64,000 bases of DNA from Antedon mediterranea (taxonomy: Eukaryota > Animalia > Echinodermata): the NCBI RefSeq assembly GCF_964355755.1, contig NC_092673.1:34779648-34843647 (forward strand). Reading direction: 5' to 3'. The position numbers were made by a program, and so were the translations under genes. The notes below the pieces were generated by a model. That model made no database searches. It was given only the letters and a program-made list of their open reading frames with translations, and was not told the origin of the DNA. Positions 55,301 to 64,000 of the stretch are shown here, piece by piece (positions within the stretch are counted from its first letter, which is position 1; the number at the start of each line of letters is the position of its first letter).

Positions 55301-57932
55301 GCACAGGGGGTAGTTGCACAGGGAGTAGTTGCACATGGTGTAGTTGCACAGGATGTAGTTGCACAGGGTGTAGTTGCACAGGGGTAGTTATCTATGAATT
55401 TTAAAATATATTTACACATTTTAGCAATGTATACCTATTTTATTTGCTTTTTTAAATATTGTTTAGAAAAGAAAGTATAATGGACACAATGCTGGCGAAA
55501 ATGGAAAAGTACACGGAAAACCTGGAGAAGGTTGTATTGGATAGAACAGGACAACTACTGGAAGAAAAGAAGAAAACAGATGAATTACTTTACAGAATGC
55601 TGCCACCGTACGTACTTTACTTCAGTCTGTCCTTTTCACGGGGCGCCGTTTGGAACATTGTTTAAAGGGCTTCTTTTGTTAACGAAATGGGAATATTTCA
55701 AACGGCACCCGGTACATAAATCAGACCCTTTCTTTTTGTGCCGGCAAATCTGAACAGCAAATCAAGCGTGCGGTACGGTGCAGAAATTGATTTTTTAATT
55801 TTTATTGTTCGCACTAAAATAAAAAGAAGTTATTTTATCAACAGAACTATAAATAGTTTATCAAATATGAATGATTTGGTATTGTATAAACTGAATATCC
55901 TTTATGTTGTAGTTCTGTTGCAGACTCACTGAAGCGTGGCAATGTTGTAGAAGGCGAGTTTTATCAAAATGTGACCATTTACTTTAGTGATATTGTCGGA
56001 TTTACACAAATATCCGCCGAAAGTAATCCTCTTGAAGTCATCGATTTCTTGAACGATCTTTACACTTGTTTTGATGCAATAATTGGGAAGTGTGATGTAT
56101 ACAAGGTTGGTAGGATTTGATACAACATAACACGAAAACACAAGAATAAAACATACTAGGTGTTCGTTTTCGCGCGCACGAGAACGGGAAAACGGGAGGC
56201 TGCAAATTACGTATTCGATCGTCAGCATGTGATTGCACTTGAATCTACACTATTTTACGGTTTTAAGTAACTGTGATAATTAAATGATTTAATATTTATA
56301 GCAAAATATCAATCAATTTGTATGAATCTAAAGGCCTTTAGTCAACTTTATTTTTGTTGCATTATACTAATACAGTAGTAATATAAAAGTAAATAGAAAT
56401 AGAGGATTTGTTATTGTACTTAATGAATGTATTGTAAAATAGGTTGAAACAATAGGGGATGCGTACATGGTAGCAAGCGGTCTTCCTAAGAGAAATGGCG
56501 ACAGACACGCGAGTGAAATAGCTAATATGGCACTTAATATTCTGGACAGGGTGAAGACATTTATAATTCGACATATGCCAGAAAGACAATTGGAAACACG
56601 AATAGGGATCAACTCTGGTAAGTGTAAAGAAAGCCGATTTTCGGTAGGCCTACTGTATCATAGGTTATTTGGTAATACAGAATCACATGTGTTTCGCATG
56701 TACCATAGTACATAGTATCGTGACCATAACCTAACCCGTAACCTACTGTATTCTTACATGATACAGGCGCCACATGTGATACAAATGAGATGCTGTATTA
56801 CCGAAATTCCTATGATACTGGGTAAACATTGTTGTATTATAGAGATACAACACTGGTAATCGGGTAAAAAAAAGTATCAAGAAACCTATTTAAACAGTTG
56901 TAAAATCAAGTATTAGAAAATGAGATACAGATTCTTGATATAAGTTTATTATTGATTAAAATGTTTCTAGGCCCTATAGTGGCGGGTGTTGTCGGATTAA
57001 CGATGCCTCGATATTGTCTCTTTGGTGACACTGTTAACACAGCTTCAAGAATGGAATCAAACGGCCTACCTCAACGTATACACATAAGTGAAAGCACTTA
57101 CAATATTCTGAATACTATCGGAGGTTATAGAATGGATAAACGAGGTGATATCAAGATAAAGGTATGAGTTTTTCTGTATATATAGTTATCACAACATGGC
57201 AGGGCAATTACTGTACTTAGTATTGGCCGTTTGTTACGGGGCGCCATACTTAAATAAATGATAACGTATTACACTGCACCCCATATATATAACACTTTCT
57301 ATGGTCAAATAATGTAATACATAGATATCTTAACTTCTGCAATTCTAGAGTGTTTTCCACCCGCTGCCAATATGCGTCTATTTGTGAACACGGTGGTTAT
57401 CTTATTTCGCAGTGAGTTATATATTTGTATTTATTTTAGGGGAAAGGAAGCATGACAACGTATTGGTTGTTCCGATCTGATGAAGAAATACTTAATTCTC
57501 AAGAAAATATATACGACGCACAGGATGAATTCAATAAAAAAATGTGAGAAAGTAGATTGGTTTTAAAAAAGTTTCGTATTTTTGTGAGAGCCAGTTGTCA
57601 CAAATGATATTCTTTAATTCACTCGGTTAAGTTAAGCACGCATTTCCGTGTAGCCCTACTTTTGAACAATCATAATAATATACTAATGTAATAGGCCTAT
57701 TGTTTTATGTTTCATTTGTTATTGTATAATATCCTTTAGCTCTACAGTGTCAGAAGTAAGCAATGACAGTCTTCTCAGCCCACCATCCAGAACAAACCCA
57801 GCGGCGAGCTTCTTTGAATCGCATTCCATACCAGAGTATCCAGAATCGATCAAATCAACACGCTCTATCCCGGGTTATATTGTCGAAAATGACAGACAAT
57901 CTCAGCTCTTAAACACACAACGTAACAACTAA
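40363..57932 (+). CDS. Receptor-type (single-pass) guanylyl cyclase, natriuretic-peptide/speract receptor-like
   Basis: Exons 40363-41041, 43799-44033, 44442-44496, 45432-45561, 49337-49407, 50458-50578, 50993-51068 (TM), 51507-51594, 51990-52202, 52908-53093, 53636-53804, 54541-54687, 54996-55203, 55467-55607, 55913-56105, 56443-56617, 56971-57161, 57440-57543, 57740-57932. Signal peptide; ANF-receptor domain (DSAC, IIGPPC, WNLP, YPTFVR, YLYDAV.LY, GMTG.V.FD.DGDR); kinase-homology domain ([22 protein letters not shown]); cyclase ([48 protein letters not shown]). Confidence 0.95.
42756..43062. mobile_element. TTAA-type MITE copy (same family as 17856-18185)
   Basis: ttaa|agatatattgttcccc...aaataaatct|ttaa with homologous interior. 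Confidence 0.75.
43575..43828 (+). repeat. Tandem array, 63 bp unit x 4, each containing the exon-2 splice acceptor of the guanylyl cyclase
   Basis: Unit aaacagtaatgttttattccgtgcag|ttatctggttgatagttggtggagtaactattatatt; possible exon starts at 43610, 43673, 43736, 43799. Confidence 0.95.
45579..47474. mobile_element. Non-autonomous DNA transposon with 8-bp TSD and internal fold-back segment
   Basis: gtacaaat at 45571-78 and 47475-82; TIR acaaagtgcgaggcagcgaggcacgcgaggca; internal inverted arms ~46480-46770 and ~47000-47285. Confidence 0.85.
47495..48078. repeat. Degenerate tandem repeat, ~200-215 bp unit x ~3
   Basis: Recurring ttatttttaatacaatccgtaa...ttaactgtgcat...attattcggttaaa segments. 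Confidence 0.7.
49885..50124. repeat. Minisatellite, 18 bp unit x 13
   Basis: Perfect tataatgtaccggtactg units containing the palindrome gtaccggtac. Confidence 0.97.
52258..52620. repeat. Compound minisatellite, ~39-45 bp unit with variable (GAT)n
   Basis: atattaatacagatcagtagagtatctag(gat)n x ~8. Confidence 0.95.
55262..55390. repeat. Minisatellite, 15 bp unit x ~8
   Basis: gtagttgcacagggN units. Confidence 0.9.
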
Positions 57933-58563
57933 ATCGATCAGCACACTTTATTCTTGATTCTGTCGTTGGAAATGATAGGAAGGTTCAGCTTCCACACAAC
58001 GTAACAACTAAATTGATCAGCAAACTTTATCTCTGGTTCTGTCGTTGGAAATGATAGGAATGTTCAGCTTTTACACAACGTAACAACTAAATCAATCAGC
58101 ACACTTTATTCCCGGTTCTGTCGTTGGAAATGATAGGAAGGTTCAGCTTTTACACACAACGTAACAGCCAAATCGATCAGCACACTTTATTCCTGGTTCT
58201 GTCGTTGGAAATGATAGGAAAGTTCAGCTTTTATACACAACGTAACAACTAAATCGATCAGCACACTTTATTCCTGGTTCTGTCGTTGGAAATGATAGGA
58301 AGGTTCAGCTTTACACAACCTAACAACTAAATCGATCAGCACATTTTATCCCTGGTTCAGTCGTTGGAAATGATAGGAAGGTTCAGCTTTACACAACCTA
58401 ACAACTAAATCGATCAGCACACTTTATCCCTGGTTCTGTCGTTGGAAATGATAGGAAGGTTCAGCTTTTATACACAACGTAACAACCAAATCGATCAGCA
58501 CACTTTATTCCTGATTCTGTCGTTGGAAATGATAGGAAGGTTCAGCTTTTATACACAACGTAA
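57900..58563 (+). repeat. Tandem array, 78-81 bp unit x 8, continuous with the guanylyl cyclase stop codon
   Basis: Unit atcgatcagcacactttattcctggttctgtcgttggaaatgataggaaggttcagcttttatacacaacgtaacaactaa, starting at 57933, 58012, 58091, 58172, 58253, 58331, 58409, 58490. Confidence 0.95.
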
Positions 58564-60298
58564 TAGGCCATAAGCAGTAGCTCAAAAGATGCCTAGAACA
58601 TGGATTTCGTTACCACCTCTTGGACCTACATTTTGAAAGTTGATATTGTGAAATGAATATGTTACACATACTATATCAAAAGTTCTCCATGAAATACTTG
58701 TACACTTTAGAGCAATGGCCTCTCAAAGGTACCCCACTACTTTAAAAAAAGGCACTTTTTGAGGTCTGGAGGTACTTTTATGGGCCAATATCTTTAAAAG
58801 TCTTTGTCCAAATGCAATTGTATTTTCTCTGTGAGTAGTCCAGTATATTGTGAACACTTATCCAAAATTTAAAATTAAAAAAATAAGTATATTGTATGTG
58901 AGGAAAACTGAAAAATTACAATTATTTAGTTGTAATTGCACTTTTCAAGATTTTTAAGACACAATATCTTCGTAACTAATTGACATACCATATTTATATT
59001 TTTTCCCAACTATTGTTAAACAAGATTCAAAGTTTCAGCTTGTCAGCTTCAGGGAGGTTTTATTTATGAAGATGCAAAAACTGAGATTTGGCCAATTTTA
59101 TAGATAATTTTAATATCTTTTAGTCGTTTTTTGAGCAGTTATATTTTAATAATCAACTCTCACTATGTATTTATATTCATGCAATGGGTATCCCAGTGAG
59201 TTAGTGACACACAAGTGAAGTTTCAAGGCAAAAGAAATTATTATGCAATAATTATGATTGTAACTTGCATTGCATTTTTTTTTGTTTTTAGTGCCAATTT
59301 TGTATTAACTCGACTCAAAACCGTAAAAGGCACCTGAATAAATACTATACCTTTTCTGTACAACTACCCGAGAGGGTTGATAAACAACCTTTTCAAACCA
59401 GCTTGATGATTTTTTTTTATATAGGAAGATGTCTTTTTAAAAAATAATTCTTTAGATATTTGTAACTGTAATTTTTCTCAATTTAAATGTATTATTAATG
59501 GCATTATTTAAATAATCTTTTTTCATTTTGTATATATTATATTGGCTCATATTTTATAGTTTAGTTATTTATTTTCAACCTGTTATTGGTGTTTTACACT
59601 GTTGGTTTGAAATAAAGAATAAAGAATGCACTGCACCAGCTGAGAATTTGCTAATTTTATAGATAATTTTGATGTTTTATTTGTTTTTGAGGAGTACGTA
59701 AGCCTACATGATTTCTTAGAAAGTGACTTGCCATAATAATATTTATATTCATGCAATGGGTATGCTAGTAGGTTAGTGACACCTGAGTAAATTTTCAACA
59801 CAAACAATAAATTATTATGCAATAACTTATTTATTGTAACTTAAATACTGTATTGCATTTTTTAGGAGTTTTTAGTGCCAATTTAGGCCAGGAGCTTCCA
59901 CAAAAACAACCCCCTTTTTTCTGTGAAACACCAGATAAGTAGGCATGCCAGCCCATTTACTGTTGTTATATTGATAACATGAATGCAACTCTTGTGGAGA
60001 GAACTATTATTGTTGATAATGATATGAAATGGACATATTATTATCAACAATTAGAAAACAGCCTTTGGAGTTCAGTGGACCATTACCTTGGTTCTATTCA
60101 ATATCCACAACACTTCTCCTTGGATACCATTAGTTATTATTAATGGATCTACATGAAATTGTACACACTTAAACAATGAATACGAATAAAGATTACACTT
60201 TAATTTCTTTCAATTTTATTATCATCTTCATATATAAAATCAACATTATTAAAAATGCATAATTATGTTGATTAATGGATTATTTTGAGCTACTCTAG

Positions 60299-61963
60299 CA
60301 GCCGCGTAACAAGGGGGTCTTGTCAGGGGGGGCAAAGAGGGGAAAATCCTTCCAGACACCAAGTACTTGAGCCACAGCCCCCCCCCCCCCCCCCCATGGT
60401 GGGGGCTGTGGCGAAGCGAATTTTGGTAAATGACACCCCTAGATCGTCGGAAATGGTACTCTCGCACATAAAATTCATGATAAATGGCGCCTCCAACTAG
60501 TAGTAGTTGGCCTGGAAATAACACTCCCATTTATTGCACAGCAATCAGCAAAATGATCGTACATTTTCCACCGTTAAAAACTCAGGTGACAAACATTTGA
60601 ACATGTGAAAACCCAATCTAACATTGGATCCGCACCTGGCAAAGGTAGTAATTTTTCTGGTTAGAAGACTGAAACAGGGCCGTAACCAGGTTTGACGGCG
60701 GGGTGGATCGTTAAGTTGTTTAGTGGAACCATACCCTCGAATTTTTTTTTCTCTATAGGCCTATGTATGGCCGCAAATCGCATTTCCGGCTAATCTCTTT
60801 TGTTTATGAACTATATAATTTGGTGTAATTTCCAGCCCACGAATTTCAATTGCCGACCTTATTGCCGACCTTAAATTGTCAGAGGACGGCATTCTCTTGC
60901 CGACCGAAACTAGGCTAGATCCCTCCTCCTAGCAACAACATGGTACATTAAGGGATCGTATCATTGAGACTTTAACAGGCATATTCACCATCATGTGGTG
61001 TTTAGGTAACAAACCATGGAATTAAGATGATCCCTGAATTCACTCAACCATTGCATCTTGCACTTGCGTGAGCTGCATGCTTTCTCTCTATACTATCAAG
61101 CAGCTGGCTGCGCACGTCACACGCACGCAGAGACCTGTGTAGGGGAATACCCTTTTATGTCAAGCAAACAACTATGCTCTGTGTACGGCTAGCTCCAGAA
61201 CCACGATGTTCAGCAGTTATCAAATAGAATTTATCTTGTAAATTTAGTGTTAGGTTTTTATATTTTAGTTAAAATATACTTTATATTCTTATGGCGATTT
61301 AAAGTAATTAAATTTATTAAGGCTTGACTAGACCTGTAGTAAACAATCGTAGTGTTGTGTTAGTATGCCCAGCAAAAAAAAAGTGGGAGGCCAAGCGGAA
61401 CTCGCTGTTCAGCGGGGGGTACGATCCCCCGATCCCCCCTGGTTACGGGCCTGTGAAAGATTGAGTATTGGAGTGACAGCCAGCCACGAAAGTACGTTCG
61501 TTTTGCTGATCGCTAGCGCGTTACATACGATTAGTAGGAGTGTATTTTTTTAAGGTGGTCTCACACGCACACCCATGGAGTAAGCGCACACCACAGCGCC
61601 ACAATTGTGTATGAGATGCCCGCGATGGCGGCTTAGATAAAAGACGCCAAAAACCACAGTCAACTGACCGCATGTTAATGTACTGATAAGCAGTGCGTCT
61701 TCCCACGAGTTGTCAGTCAGGATTTTGTGTATTTCATATCATCTTACTTGAATATCATACTGTACTGTGACTCATTTGAAGCCATATCATATATCGTATA
61801 TTTTATTCTTATCTTATATTTTCTTTCTTTTTCTTTCTTCTATCCCTTCTTTGTATTTTATTTTATTTTTTTGACTTGTTACCCAGCCCGATCGAACGCT
61901 TCTCAACCCGGTAAAATCCGCCAAGGGGGTATTCCGCCCCCCCCCCCCCCTGTTACGCCACTG
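60299..61963. mobile_element. Non-autonomous hAT-like element with 8-bp TSD
   Basis: tactctag|cagccgcgtaacaagggg...cccctgttacgccactg|tactctag. Confidence 0.85.
60675..61453. mobile_element. Nested hAT-like MITE with 5-bp flanking duplication
   Basis: tgaaa|cagggccgtaaccagg...cctggttacgggcctg|tgaaa. Confidence 0.75.
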
Positions 61964-62591
61964 TACTCTAGGCCAGATCATGATTAGATTAGGCCTATAC
62001 AAATTCTTACACATTCTTCTTCGTTTTCAATAACTATCCTCGCCGTCAGAATCTTCGTCTATCCCCATCCAGTCTTTAGTATCCTCATTTACCCCATTTT
62101 CTTCAGCCCCTCACCGAGTAAAAAAAATTATGAATGTATGTAGGCCTAGCTAGTCGCTGAACCAAAGATTGTATCGTAGCGGCGCTATACAATCTTTGGC
62201 TGAACAGGCAAGAAGGCCAGCATTTAAAGCGTCAGCTATGACTTTTTCCGATCGTTCATTATCAGAATCAGACATTTCTATTAATTATATCAAACTATTA
62301 ATTTGAATGATGCAAACGAATTATAGTATAGTTTATTAAAATATAGTAAATTATAACACTAAAGTAGGACAATAATGTAGCACACTGTAAACCTCATGCG
62401 AACAGCTTACCAAGGAAGTAAATACGTCTACGCATGCTCACATGTGATTGACCAATCACAGGACGCGATTAGTCCCTTTTGTTTGGCTGTATCTAAGGCC
62501 GAAGCCTTTATAAAAGTGATTGTGATTGGACTATGATTGCAAATATAAGTTTATTCATGATATTCTGAAAGATGACGTTACAAGCTTTAAA

Positions 62592-62929
62592 GGTCAGGTA
62601 CAGGCAAAACATTTCTATTGATCATACATTCCAATAATTATCGATCTATAGTTTCCCCTATGTTTCATAATTTTTGGGAATTTATTTGTGTTACACGAGC
62701 TTGTTGAAAATAAGCACTTTCTTATCAGTGGGATAGTTACACAGTAAAATCTCTATTCTTTTGTACACAAATTTTGTAAATAGAGAGGCATTTTAAAAAG
62801 CTATGAAAAATAAACAGTGTGGTAAAAAATGTTATCAGATGACTAAATATAGGTAATATAACTTGAATATTACATTTCTGGTATTTTTATTCAACTTCAG
62901 ATTTTTATTTTCATGCTATAGCAACAATT
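62592..62929. mobile_element. TTAA-type dispersed repeat (homolog of 8180-8495), interrupted by the copia LTR
   Basis: Begins ttaa|aggtcaggtacaggc; homology to the 8.2-8.5 kb copy stops at the LTR start. Confidence 0.75.
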
Positions 62930-63112
62930 TGTTAAGTTATCCCCTCATATATAATGCACCTTTGACGTGCCATACTATCATTATTCGCGGGTCCCTTTTT
63001 GTGGTGAAACCTCGTGAGATGATAAATAAAACACACTTTGCTCTTTAATTTCCGTAGTTTCTGTATTATTATTTCTATATATTCCCGATTCCAGGTTACA
63101 ATGGATTCAACA
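62930..63112 (+). mobile_element. 5' LTR of a Ty1/copia retrotransposon, followed by PBS 63113-63126
   Basis: tgttaag...ttcaaca termini, immediately followed by ggttatgggcccag, the initiator-tRNA-Met-fragment PBS known from Drosophila copia. Confidence 0.75.
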
Positions 63113-64000
63113 GGTTATGGGCCCAGCCGTTTTCAAAGATTGCTTTTTAACGGAGATGAAGAAAAATATGAACTTTGGGAAGTAAAATTTCTAGGGTACC
63201 TAAACACACTAAAACCAGCGTTAAAAAGCACGATTACGTCTACACAGCCGGAGCCAGCCACCGACGATGACAACCATAAAAATGAAAAGGCGTATTCGGA
63301 GCTGATACAATTCCTGGACGACAAGTCATTATCGTTGATCATTAACGATGCAACTGATGACGGGAGAAAAGCTCTGTCTATTTTAAGAACCGAATATTCT
63401 AGCAAATCTAAACCAAAAGTGGTGCAACTTTACACCAAACTAACAACACTCGAAATGGGTGAGGAGGACTGCACGTCGTTCATTTTCAGAGTGGAAAAGA
63501 TTATCACATCATTACAAAGAGCAAAAGAAACACCTAGTGACGCACTTCTAACAGCAATGGTATTAAAAGGTTTGCCTGGAGCATACGCTCCATTTAAAAT
63601 ATACATAAATACACAAGAAAAAGACATATCTTTTGTAGAATTTAAAACATCCTTAAGAAAGTTCGCAGAATCAGAGAAACTAAATACACCAGAATCTAAT
63701 AACGACAGAGTGATGAAAGTTGGAAACCCACAAAACTCCAGAAAATGCTACGAGTGCGGATCACCTAACCACTTGATAAAAGATTGCCCTACAAAAACCT
63801 GTAAATACCACAAGAATGCCAATCACCTTGACAAGGACTGTTTCAGAAATAAACCAAAGGACCAAATAAAGAAAGCGGAGGATGGATTTGAACATTCCTT
63901 TTTCTTTCAAGTGTCAGAAAACATAACATGTCAAGATGGTATTTTAGTAGACACTGGCTGCACCTCACATGTAGTAAATGACCGAGAGAAATTCTCCAGT
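63101..64000 (+). CDS. Ty1/copia Gag-protease polyprotein (runs off the window)
   Basis: 300 open codons: MDSTGYGPSRFQRLLFNGDEEKYELWEVKFLGY...AYSELIQFLDDKSLSLI...DGRKAL.IL...MVLKGLP; zinc knuckle CYECGSPNHLIKDC, second knuckle CKYHKNANHLDKDC, protease ILVDTGCTSH. Confidence 0.93.
   Translation, partial: MDSTGYGPSRFQRLLFNGDEEKYELWEVKFLGYLNTLKPALKSTITSTQPEPATDDDNHKNEKAYSELIQFLDDKSLSLIINDATDDGRKALSILRTEYSSKSKPKVVQLYTKLTTLEMGEEDCTSFIFRVEKIITSLQRAKETPSDALLTAMVLKGLPGAYAPFKIYINTQEKDISFVEFKTSLRKFAESEKLNTPESNNDRVMKVGNPQNSRKCYECGSPNHLIKDCPTKTCKYHKNANHLDKDCFRNKPKDQIKKAEDGFEHSFFFQVSENITCQDGILVDTGCTSHVVNDREKFSS

Noticed and set aside
58564-60170. Possible large transposon with an internal direct repeat (59165-59300 and 59735-59885)
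   Set aside because: Looks repeat-derived, but no matching TIR pair or TSD could be defined.
63133-63627. Minus-strand ORFs of 90 and 65 aa
   Set aside because: Antisense shadows of the copia gag ORF.

Overview
AT-rich, intron-rich animal genomic DNA. It is probably a marine invertebrate and possibly an echinoderm, which is inference only. Five spliced genes were reconstructed by hand with GT-AG junctions and consistent frames: the 3' end of a Mad/Mxi1 (MXD) gene (+), EXOSC1/Csl4 (-) head-to-head with ELMOD3 (+), MRPS18C (+), and a 19-exon receptor guanylyl cyclase (+). Mobile DNA includes a 5'-truncated RTE-like LINE in an MRPS18C intron, the 5' end of an open Ty1/copia element at the right edge, and many MITEs with TA, TAA, TTAA or 8-bp target duplications. 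Most notable: (1) three tandem arrays are built from the host genes' own exon boundaries (two stop-codon regions and one in-frame splice acceptor); (2) a 15-nt frame-preserving microexon candidate in ELMOD3 with a TGC-containing acceptor; (3) a receptor guanylyl cyclase lacking the juxtamembrane cysteines and pseudokinase ATP-site residues; (4) tiny palindromes resembling P-element excision footprints; (5) TAGGCCTA/CTAG clusters in the first introns of the three housekeeping genes. No CRISPR, rRNA or intact tRNA was found. Repeat boundaries are approximate.
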